Below are positions 33,324 through 40,487 of a DNA stretch of 54,162 nucleotides, one piece after another (the first letter of the stretch is position 1; each line of letters starts with the position of its first letter). Both the position numbers and the translations under genes were made by a program. Under the pieces are notes generated by a model. It worked only from the letters and a program-made list of their open reading frames with translations. It had not been told where the DNA came from and did no database searches. The stretch lies in IMG/VR virus record IMGVR_UViG_3300044655_000258, positions 1 through 54,162 of that record; one strand, 5' to 3'. The stretch comes from a virus. Taxonomy: Duplodnaviria; Caudoviricetes.

Positions 33324-33424
33324 AACGGTGCATCCTCATGGTTGTTGGGGTTGAACGGTGGACGCTTATGTCCACTGTCTAGTGGGTTAGGAAACTCAGG
33401 AAAGGGCCATGTTGCCGAAGCCAT
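33320..33424 (-). CDS. Small hypothetical protein
   Basis: Not in ORF track; MASATWPFP...EDAPL, 34 aa, ATGA-coupled. Confidence 0.45.
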   Translation of the reverse strand: MASATWPFPEFPNPLDSGHKRPPFNPNNHEDAPL

Positions 33425-33686
33425 ATTCATACCTTTCATAAGATCTGATTTTGCTGTCACGATTGCTACGCTTCTCAACAAACTTGACTCGTGTGTCTCG
33501 TTCGTTCAGTGCCATGCATAGGGTGGTCAGGTCACAGTCTTCTTCGAGGTAGGCATAGTCGCCACGTTGGTAGCTGTAGCGGCTGATCTTGTCGGCAATG
33601 CCGAGGTTGACCAACACCTCTCGCTTGACCTTGCCCCAGCCATGACCGGGGTCGCTGTACATTGTGATGGTGAATGTCTTGCTCAT
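33396..33686 (-). CDS. Conserved phage early protein
   Basis: SDPGHGW, ISRYSY, YLEEDCD, SKIRSY. Confidence 0.8.
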   Translation of the reverse strand: MSKTFTITMYSDPGHGWGKVKREVLVNLGIADKISRYSYQRGDYAYLEEDCDLTTLCMALNERDTRVKFVEKRSNRDSKIRSYERYEYGFGNMALS

Positions 33687-33949
33687 GTTAGTTCCTTGAT
33701 TTGTTGCAACACAGCCTGTGCTTCGGTGTATGTCAGGTGTCCAATCACATCGGTGGTGATGGGTGTGTCATATGTTATGTGCCAATCCCATTCACCATCG
33801 CCAGTGAATTTGATGACAGCAATCTCCCACAAATTACGATCACCACCATAACTGAAATCGTGCATCACCTTGCTTGCACCATAGCCGTTATCGAAGCGAT
33901 GAATTTCCTGTGTGCCATTGTTAATGGAACGTTCTACAATGATTGTCAT
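33683..33949 (-). CDS. Conserved phage early protein
   Basis: RFDNGYGAS, SYGG, YDTPITTDVIGHL. Confidence 0.8.
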   Translation of the reverse strand: MTIIVERSINNGTQEIHRFDNGYGASKVMHDFSYGGDRNLWEIAVIKFTGDGEWDWHITYDTPITTDVIGHLTYTEAQAVLQQIKELT

Positions 33950-34116
33950 AGTTCACCTCCAGCCATGTAAGCCACTGTAAAGTCAGCAATTTCATCCTCG
34001 CTCAACCACTTGCCAGCTTGAATATCTTCAAGAGACATGAAGCGAATGCCGTAGATGTTTCGTAGAAAACCAGAGGCATCGATGAAGCCTGTGTGCATCT
34101 TGCGATATGTATTCAT
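33946..34116 (-). CDS. Hypothetical protein
   Basis: 56 aa, fills the gap. Confidence 0.55.
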   Translation of the reverse strand: MNTYRKMHTGFIDASGFLRNIYGIRFMSLEDIQAGKWLSEDEIADFTVAYMAGGEL

Positions 34117-34118
34117 AG

Positions 34119-34523
34119 TCACCACCATGAGTCGTAGTACACAGCGTTGCCATCAGCCAGTGCCTGTCTTGCTTTAGCAATGAAGGTTGTGACGCTTTCG
34201 AGGTCTTCGGGGTAGATGGTTTGCTCACCGAAGAAGAAACCATTGATGGGTACAAGCTTGTTGTTGCCTGTGTCCATCTCAAGTCGGTCAAGATCTTTCA
34301 GATCAAGGCGAACGGTGTTGCAATTGAACGACACAGCAGTGCCACCTTTGAGGCGGTACAGGTTTTCCATCCACCCATGCAGAGCATTGAACTTACGCCA
34401 GTAGAATAGCTCTGTCGATTCAAACAATGGATGAACATCGTTTTCATCGTAGCGTTTCAGATCAACTACGTTGTCGCCAGCATCCTTTGCTGACACTGTG
34501 AATGCATACATGTCTAAGCCCAT
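34119..34523 (-). CDS. Conserved phage early protein
   Basis: MGLDMY, YWRKFNALHGW, GFFFG, YYDSWW. Confidence 0.85.
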   Translation of the reverse strand: MGLDMYAFTVSAKDAGDNVVDLKRYDENDVHPLFESTELFYWRKFNALHGWMENLYRLKGGTAVSFNCNTVRLDLKDLDRLEMDTGNNKLVPINGFFFGEQTIYPEDLESVTTFIAKARQALADGNAVYYDSWW

Positions 34524-34534
34524 GATAGTTCCTT

Positions 34535-34711
34535 TCAGGAGAGTTGTTCTTGAATGATGTAGGTCGATGCAGCCAGTGCATCCTTGATGGAATCGACAGC
34601 CCAGCCTGTGTATGTCTGCCCTTCGTTGTCGAAGAACAGTTCATAGACCTGTGCTGTCTGGTCAAATTGTGCCCAGATTTCGATGCCGTTTTTCTTGGTG
34701 ATGAGTTTCAT
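34535..34711 (-). CDS. Hypothetical protein
   Basis: Not in ORF track; MKLITKKNGIEIWAQFD..., 58 aa, AGGA RBS. Confidence 0.65.
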   Translation of the reverse strand: MKLITKKNGIEIWAQFDQTAQVYELFFDNEGQTYTGWAVDSIKDALAASTYIIQEQLS

Positions 34712-34799
34712 TGTGTTTCCTATGGAAGAAGGACGTTAGTCCGACAACTCGACAGTGAGTCAGTAATGCTACTGTGGTCAATAGCATTACAAAGCGCTG

Positions 34800-35186
34800 T
34801 CAATTCCAGACGTTGATGTGAGAACGTTTGTTCTCTGTTACAGTCAGTGCCACAAGACGGCCTGTCTTGATTGGGTGCAGGCCGTACAAGTGAACGAAGC
34901 TGTCGTACTTGTATGGGTTGTAGGTGATGGGTGTGCCGTTGTAAACGATGCGCTCAATTGTCAACTCATCGTCAAGGCTGCCGAGCCATTGACCGACAAC
35001 ACCAGCATGCACATTCTTTTTACGTTCACGGAGGACACGCTGTCGACCTGCCTCTGACACCTTGAACACACCGTCAGACAGCAACACCTTGTCACTGTGT
35101 GCCACGACACGGCCCTTGTTCGGGCCTTCCAGTGCTTTGATGCTGAAGCATTTGCGATGTAGGTTAAAGTAGACGAATACTTTCAT
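34800..35186 (-). CDS. Conserved phage early protein
   Basis: VYFNLHRKCFS, GRQRVLRERKKNVHA, YNPYKYDSF. Confidence 0.85.
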   Translation of the reverse strand: MKVFVYFNLHRKCFSIKALEGPNKGRVVAHSDKVLLSDGVFKVSEAGRQRVLRERKKNVHAGVVGQWLGSLDDELTIERIVYNGTPITYNPYKYDSFVHLYGLHPIKTGRLVALTVTENKRSHINVWN

Positions 35187-35197
35187 TGTGTGTCCTT

Positions 35198-35407
35198 TCA
35201 GGAAAGCTTTTTCAGTTCATCGGATGTGTCATCGATACCCAATTGAATGCGGTCAACCCTGTCCCATTCACCCATGTTATACGCCTCATCCCTTGCCTCT
35301 TGCAGGGCGAAGAGGTGATGTTGAAGCTTAGCTTTACGGCTTTGCAACTGTGCATAATGCAAACGTGCATCTTCACGGTCAAAGCCGCCTCGTCGTGTTG
35401 TGTACAT
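35198..35407 (-). CDS. Hypothetical coiled-coil protein
   Basis: MYTTRR start with AAGGA RBS. Confidence 0.65.
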   Translation of the reverse strand: MYTTRRGGFDREDARLHYAQLQSRKAKLQHHLFALQEARDEAYNMGEWDRVDRIQLGIDDTSDELKKLS

Positions 35408-35625
35408 GTTGTGTATCCTTTCAGGAAGGCTTGATATAAACTCTGTAGCCCTGTGCCACAAAGCTTATGAAAGCCACGTCATTATCTGCACCGACCCCGA
35501 TGCCATGACGTAGTCCCTATGCACATTATCATCCTCATGTGCTATGAGCAGTGTAAGATGTTACGTGCTTACAATCACGCTGGTCCATAGCAACATCTGT
35601 CACATGTCACCGACACCACGTCAGG

Positions 35626-35659
35626 TTTTTAAAGAACAATTTTGTGATGCCGATGCATC
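35626..35659 (-). promoter_or_regulatory. boxB-like hairpin plus boxA-like antitermination site
   Basis: GATGC-ATCG-GCATC then TGTTCTTTAAAAA just downstream of the promoter. Confidence 0.6.
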
Positions 35660-35669
35660 GATGCTTTCA

Positions 35670-35699
35670 ATTATGCAGACTTTGCAAAAACCCTGTCAA
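35670..35699 (-). promoter_or_regulatory. Early sigma70 promoter
   Basis: TTGACA-18bp-CATAAT. Confidence 0.75.
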
Positions 35700-35766
35700 G
35701 TGTAAGGCTATTCAACCTTACTCGCTGTAGGGACTTTGCAAAGCCTCCCCGAAGGGAAGCCTTACG

Positions 35767-36501
35767 TTATGCTACATACTTGGCACCTGAGCCATGTGCC
35801 ACAACAGCGATGGACTTGGCTTTCACGCTATTGCCAGCACACAATCCACACTTCTCGCAGGTTGTCTTGGCACCGCCTTCGGCTGTCGCAGGGCACACAA
35901 TCTCGCTGCTACGGATAATGTCGTTGACATTAGAAACGATACGGAAAGTGCGACGACCCAGACTCCAAGACAGCGAAGCTGCAGCGACTGACTCGACGCT
36001 TTCCATGTACAAGGCAGGGTTGAATGCAGCACCTTCGGTGTTAGCTTGGTGGCTGTAACCAGTGTGGCCTTCAGCTTCGCTGATCAACTCATTCCACACC
36101 GAAGCTGGCACTGCAGCACCGTCACCGTAGGTGCCGATTCTGACCATACGACCTTTGCCGATGGCTGACAAGCTTTCAGCTTTAGGATACTTACCAGCGG
36201 CAAAGCCTTTGTAAACAATGACCGGGCCTTGACCAATTACTACGTAACAGCTACGGTTCTTGGCAAGCTTCGCTTTAGGGTCTGTAGTGGCTGTGCCACG
36301 GTGAGGACATGTGCCACAAATGGCAACATCGGCACCAGTCTTGGATGCATCACGGGGGTCCATATCGCTACGGATGATGTATGTCTGTATCATGTCCGCT
36401 GTCTTGGCATTGGATGACTTCGTCAAGGCAATGGCGACAATCGGTGAACCATCGATCAACGATGGGCCTTCATATACTACGTATCCGGTGACTTTGCTCA
36501 T
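35767..36501 (-). CDS. Cys-rich conserved phage early protein (Gp88-like)
   Basis: NAKT, CGTCP, CYV, RIGTYGD, TGYSHQ, CPA, TCEKCGLC, HG; start MSKVTG lies downstream of the promoter. Confidence 0.75.
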   Translation of the reverse strand: MSKVTGYVVYEGPSLIDGSPIVAIALTKSSNAKTADMIQTYIIRSDMDPRDASKTGADVAICGTCPHRGTATTDPKAKLAKNRSCYVVIGQGPVIVYKGFAAGKYPKAESLSAIGKGRMVRIGTYGDGAAVPASVWNELISEAEGHTGYSHQANTEGAAFNPALYMESVESVAAASLSWSLGRRTFRIVSNVNDIIRSSEIVCPATAEGGAKTTCEKCGLCAGNSVKAKSIAVVAHGSGAKYVA

Positions 36502-36550
36502 GGTGTTTACCTTTGGTAAGTGGCTGCAGCGAAATTGCTGCATGGCCTCA

Positions 36551-36579
36551 ATTATATCGACGTTGAAAAGCCCTGTCAA
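36551..36579 (-). promoter_or_regulatory. Consensus early sigma70 promoter
   Basis: TTGACA-17bp-TATAAT. Confidence 0.9.
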
Positions 36580-36587
36580 GTGCAGGG

Positions 36588-36815
36588 TTATTTGGCAGCT
36601 TTCATCGCAACGAAGTTGCCACGCTTATACACCGTTGCAACGTCATAGCATGCTGCCCATTCTGCAGCTTCGCTGTAGGTGAAAGTGTAATGACGTTTTT
36701 TGAAGCCTTGACCGATGACACAAAAGCCGAAGGCTTTCTTGAGTTGCAAAGCAATTTCGTTTTGCATCATGTACAAAGCAATGGCGAGTGATGTGAGAGA
36801 GATGATGAGCAGCAT
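36588..36815 (-). CDS. Hypothetical early protein with hydrophobic N-terminus
   Basis: 75-aa ORF. Confidence 0.6.
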   Translation of the reverse strand: MLLIISLTSLAIALYMMQNEIALQLKKAFGFCVIGQGFKKRHYTFTYSEAAEWAACYDVATVYKRGNFVAMKAAK

Positions 36816-36827
36816 GATAGTTTACTT

Positions 36828-37019
36828 TCAGTAAGTGAAGCCGATGAAAACGATTTTGTCAGACTTGACGTAGACAACTCTGTTGATGTCGTCGGTGTCG
36901 ATCAACTCAAACGACTTCGTCGTCCTGTCATATGCACCTTTGATGTATACGGTTGCTGCATCGGCTTTTCGTTTGACGTAGTCACCGGGCTTGACGTTTT
37001 TGAGTGTGATGTTTTGCAT
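36828..37019 (-). CDS. First early gene, hypothetical
   Basis: 63 aa, AAGGT RBS, directly after a promoter. Confidence 0.75.
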   Translation of the reverse strand: MQNITLKNVKPGDYVKRKADAATVYIKGAYDRTTKSFELIDTDDINRVVYVKSDKIVFIGFTY

Positions 37020-37066
37020 TGTTTACCTTCGGTAAGTTGCGACAGCACCGTTGCTGTCTGGCCTCA

Positions 37067-37096
37067 ATTGTAGCGACTTCATAATGGCCTTGTCAA
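37067..37096 (-). promoter_or_regulatory. Early sigma70 promoter (outermost)
   Basis: TTGACA-18bp-TACAAT. Confidence 0.82.
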
Positions 37097-37207
37097 CTGT
37101 GGGGTTATATAGTTGACCAAACTGTAGGGGCTTTGCTGTCGGTCTCATGCGGTGTAGGTGCGTGATTGGATTGTGCGGGTGGAAAGGCTTTGCTGGATGG
37201 TGGAGAG

Positions 37208-37223
37208 CTGTATGGCTGTACAG
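37208..37223. promoter_or_regulatory. LexA (SOS) box
   Basis: CTGT-ATGGCTGT-ACAG followed by TA. Confidence 0.65.
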
Positions 37224-37238
37224 TATACCGCCCTTCGT

Positions 37239-37258
37239 TACTGACTCGCTGGTCAGTA
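37239..37258. promoter_or_regulatory. Second LexA-like box
   Basis: TACTG-N10-CAGTA palindrome. Confidence 0.45.
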
Positions 37259-37266
37259 AAACCAAA

Positions 37267-37281
37267 TGAGAATCATTCTCA
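37267..37281. promoter_or_regulatory. Fur box
   Basis: Perfect 7-1-7 inverted repeat TGAGAAT-C-ATTCTCA, preceded by AAA. Confidence 0.65.
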
Positions 37282-37742
37282 ACAACTATAAATCACCGAT
37301 ATTTGATCAGTTGTCTCATGCGTGTAAGTCTTTGAATTCATTGAAGATCTATGCATGCGGGTTGAATCGCGCCAGCCTATGCCATGCATCCTGCGCTGCG
37401 ATGCATACCTATGTATACGGCTGCGCAACTGCGCCTAGGTGGGGCGGGTGCGTGGGCCAGTGGGGGGTAGGGCGCTAGTTGTATACTATGTAGCCCACAG
37501 AAGAGCTTTTTTAGCCTGTTAACCACAACACAGTCTACACCACCTCCCACACACTATTGCCCCCACAGAAGCCCTATACAGCCCCTACAATGCGTTACCA
37601 TCTCCAACCAAGGGCTAGGTAGCTCCACCACTCGATAGCCCCCTACAGGACCATTAAAGCGTTCCAGCTTTAGCAGCCTATGCCGCTACAGAAAGTCGAC
37701 TGTGAAGATGTTGTTCCTGTACCACACAATGAAATATATCGC

Positions 37743-37770
37743 TTGACAAGATTTTACAGCTTGGTATAAC
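37743..37770 (+). promoter_or_regulatory. Promoter for the virion arm
   Basis: TTGACA-16bp-TATAAC with TG extension. Confidence 0.65.
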
Positions 37771-37796
37771 ATTGGGGTGCAGGGGTGCTGATGCTT

Positions 37797-38017
37797 CTAT
37801 ATAGTCTATGTAGAAATCTGTTTAATCCACATAGATAGATACCTACATACCCTATATAGCTCTATAGAGCTATATAGCAAAATCGACTGTGAAGACATCA
37901 GCTACATAGACAAACAATTTGTTTCTTATGTTTGTTTACTTTGTTGCTCTTTGCCTATATACTACAGTTCAGCTAGTCAATGTCGCTACAGTAGACAGTC
38001 TGAACTAGCCTATATAG
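37797..38017. repeat. Cluster of CTAYRTAG/CTATATAG short repeats
   Basis: Copies at 37797, 37806, 37852, 37870, 37902, 38010 plus variants. Confidence 0.7.
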
Positions 38018-38026
38018 TGCATAGCA

Positions 38027-38326
38027 ATGAAACAACACAAACCATCAGTGATAGACTTTTTGTTAGATCAAGAACATCTGTTGCTCACTAGAGATCAAGT
38101 AGAAGCTAAAGGGCTTCTAAATAGCCCTCCATACTCTTATGCGGCAAAGATCTATATAGCCCTACACAGAGGCAGCTTAGACAATGTCTATGTTCCTCAT
38201 TCAGATGTGTTTTATGTTAGAGCCTCTGTTGAAAAGCAAACAGGCTTTTATTTCCCGTTAGACAATGTAGAAGAAGCGATGAGGGCTAACGGGTGGCGCG
38301 ATAGGCGTAATAGCTGGAGATATTGA
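38027..38326 (+). CDS. Hypothetical protein, first gene of the virion arm
   Basis: 99 aa, PHSDVFYVR. Confidence 0.7.
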   Translation: MKQHKPSVIDFLLDQEHLLLTRDQVEAKGLLNSPPYSYAAKIYIALHRGSLDNVYVPHSDVFYVRASVEKQTGFYFPLDNVEEAMRANGWRDRRNSWRY

Positions 38327-38327
38327 T

Positions 38328-38603
38328 ATGGCAATCAAAAGAGGCAGTGAAGAGTTCAGTGGCTACAACAAGCCTAAAGCAACACCCGATCATCCGACAA
38401 AGAGTCATGCTGTGTTGGCTAAGGATGGTGACAAGGTAAAGCTGATTCGATTTGGTCAGCAGGGCGTTAAAGGGGCTGGTGACAATCCTACCAGCGAGAA
38501 GGACAAAGCTCGTAAGAAGTCCTACTACGCACGGCACAACGCTCAAGACCCTACACCGGATAAGATGTCGGCTCGGTACTGGTCGCATAAAACTAAGTGG
38601 TGA
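38328..38603 (+). CDS. Conserved small basic phage protein
   Basis: GYNKPK.TP.HPTKSHAV, IRFGQQG, ARH, SARYWS. Confidence 0.85.
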   Translation: MAIKRGSEEFSGYNKPKATPDHPTKSHAVLAKDGDKVKLIRFGQQGVKGAGDNPTSEKDKARKKSYYARHNAQDPTPDKMSARYWSHKTKW

Positions 38604-38617
38604 ACAAGTAGCAAAGC

Positions 38618-38626
38618 TGCTATAAC
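38618..38626 (+). promoter_or_regulatory. Extended -10 promoter
   Basis: TGcTATAAC in an intergenic gap. Confidence 0.45.
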
Positions 38627-38677
38627 TACCACGTACATTGTTGAGGCAGAGCCTCGTTTATTTCAAAGGAAACTATC

Positions 38678-38977
38678 ATGGCTACTACTGCCCCAAATAA
38701 AGATGCTGCTAAAGTGGCTAAGCTGCGTGAGATGGCTAAGGACAAAACTTTGCCACAAGATGTGCGTAATCAATATCTCGACCAAGCTAACATGCTGGAA
38801 GAGAAAGCTGCTATGGGCGCTGGTGTGAAGCTGGCTAAGGGTGGTGCTGTTAAGAAGCCTGCTGCTAAGAAGACCGCTGGTAAGGGTCCAGCTTTGGTCA
38901 TCGCTGTTGGTATGGGTAAGCCAAAAGGTAAAGAGATGATGAACAAAGGCGGTATGGCTAAGAAAGGTAAGTGCTGA
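38678..38977 (+). CDS. Small Lys/Ala-rich protein with AKGG/NKGG motifs
   Basis: AAGGA RBS; LAKGG and MNKGG. Confidence 0.75.
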   Translation: MATTAPNKDAAKVAKLREMAKDKTLPQDVRNQYLDQANMLEEKAAMGAGVKLAKGGAVKKPAAKKTAGKGPALVIAVGMGKPKGKEMMNKGGMAKKGKC

Positions 38978-38978
38978 A

Positions 38979-39284
38979 ATGAAGCCGGGTCTGTACAGCA
39001 ACATTGCTGCAAAGCGTGAGCGCATTGCTGAAGGCTCTGGCGAGAAGATGCGCAAGGTGGGCAGCAAAGGTGCTCCCACCGACAAAGCCTTCAAAGAAGC
39101 TGCAAAGACTGCGAAGATGGCTAAGGGTGGTGCTGTTGCAAAACAACAAGCCAAGGTTGCTAAAGTGATGGGTGAGTTCAAAGAAGGCTCCCTGCACAGC
39201 GGCAAAGGCGGTAAGGTGGTAAAGTCGCCTAAACAAGCGATAGCCATTGCATTGTCAGAAGCTAAAGTGAAAGCTAAAAAGTAA
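38979..39284 (+). CDS. Small basic two-module protein joined by MAKGG
   Basis: GLYSNI..KR.RI..GSGEKMRK module and KVMGEFKEG.LHSG...KQAIAIALSEA module. Confidence 0.8.
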   Translation: MKPGLYSNIAAKRERIAEGSGEKMRKVGSKGAPTDKAFKEAAKTAKMAKGGAVAKQQAKVAKVMGEFKEGSLHSGKGGKVVKSPKQAIAIALSEAKVKAKK

Positions 39285-39646
39285 TGGCTAATGGAAACGG
39301 TAAAGCTGCTAAGGTTCGCAGTGTTGGTAAGAACCTAACAGCTGGTGCAGCCAACACAATCTACACCTGCCCAGCCAATCACACGGCTAGGGTGGAGTTG
39401 TTGTTCGTGGCAAATACTACAAGCGGTAACAAGACAGTGTCAATCCAATGGCACGATGAAAGCTTGGGTGCTCAATACTACATTGTTGGCGGCTACACCG
39501 TTTCTGCATTTGGTTACTTGAAGCTCGATGGTAGCTATCTTGCCTTGAGCGCTGGTGACTACATTGTTGTAACACCAGAGGCTGGATCAACAATGGACGC
39601 TACAGTGAGTGTTGAAGAATACTTTGATCCTATGAATGGTGGATGA
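39284..39646 (+). CDS. Beta-rich putative virion protein
   Basis: IYTCP, VAN, L..GD.I pattern. Confidence 0.7.
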   Translation: MANGNGKAAKVRSVGKNLTAGAANTIYTCPANHTARVELLFVANTTSGNKTVSIQWHDESLGAQYYIVGGYTVSAFGYLKLDGSYLALSAGDYIVVTPEAGSTMDATVSVEEYFDPMNGG

Positions 39647-40014
39647 TGGCTAAAGAACTAACAGAACAACATAAGCGCTTCCTTGAGGTGTTGTTTGCCG
39701 ATGCAGGTGGCAACATCAATCAAGCTATGCGTATGGCAGGTTTCTCTGAAGGCTATAGCCGACGAAGCCTCACCAACTATCTCAAAGAAGAGATCATTGA
39801 AGCCACACAGCTTTATATTGCTATGGCAGCACCAAAGGCTGCAGTGGCTATGATCAATGCCATTGACGATCCTACAGAGCTTGGCTTGAAAGAGAAGATG
39901 TCAGCTGCTAAGGACTTGCTTGACCGTGCTGGTTTGGTGAAGACAGAGAAGGTGCAGGTTGAAAGCACTGGTGGTATTATGGTGTTGCCTGCAAAGGAAC
40001 GTGAGGAAGACTAA
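39646..40014 (+). CDS. Terminase small subunit (putative)
   Basis: LTEQHKRFL...A.RMAGF HTH, AAKDLLDRAG; two genes upstream of TerL. Confidence 0.7.
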   Translation: MAKELTEQHKRFLEVLFADAGGNINQAMRMAGFSEGYSRRSLTNYLKEEIIEATQLYIAMAAPKAAVAMINAIDDPTELGLKEKMSAAKDLLDRAGLVKTEKVQVESTGGIMVLPAKEREED

Positions 40015-40487
40015 TGGCTGAGCAAGGTGCCGTAGACACATTCGATTTCGGCTTAGGTACTTACGTACTACCACAGCCTACGTCAACGAATGAATATGTT
40101 AAGATACCAAGGCTGTCTCGCACTGTTCCATTTGGATATGTTGTTGATAGTGAAGACGATGGTTGGCTTCAACCTGTAGCAATTGAGCTTGATGCGCTTG
40201 AAAAAGCTAAGAAGTATTTGAAGCAGTATAGCTCTAGGCAGGTGGCGGCATGGCTCACCACTGTGACAGGTAGAGAGATAAGCCATGTAGGTCTATTGAA
40301 ACGTATAAAGAATGAACAGTCCCACAAACGCAAATCCTCTACTTATCGAAAGCTTGCCGATGGGTACGAAAAAGCCCTCAAGAAAGCGCAAGAGTACGAA
40401 GAAAGACTCGGCACCAAAGACGGAAGCTTCTTCGATAGTGATCGATACGTCGAACTTAAACGATACTTCACAGGCTCCACTAATTGA
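40014..40487 (+). CDS. Putative DNA-binding protein (recombinase-domain-like)
   Basis: VPFGY...S.RQVAAWL...ISHVGL. Confidence 0.65.
   Translation: MAEQGAVDTFDFGLGTYVLPQPTSTNEYVKIPRLSRTVPFGYVVDSEDDGWLQPVAIELDALEKAKKYLKQYSSRQVAAWLTTVTGREISHVGLLKRIKNEQSHKRKSSTYRKLADGYEKALKKAQEYEERLGTKDGSFFDSDRYVELKRYFTGSTN

Noticed and set aside
36502-36579. TTG start for the 270-aa ORF
   Set aside because: This TTG is the -35 box of the promoter; the real start is ATG 36501.
37023-37478. Short ORFs 37023-37265 (-) and 37266-37478 (+)
   Set aside because: No RBS, atypical codons, and they overlap promoter and regulator sites in the non-coding terminus region.
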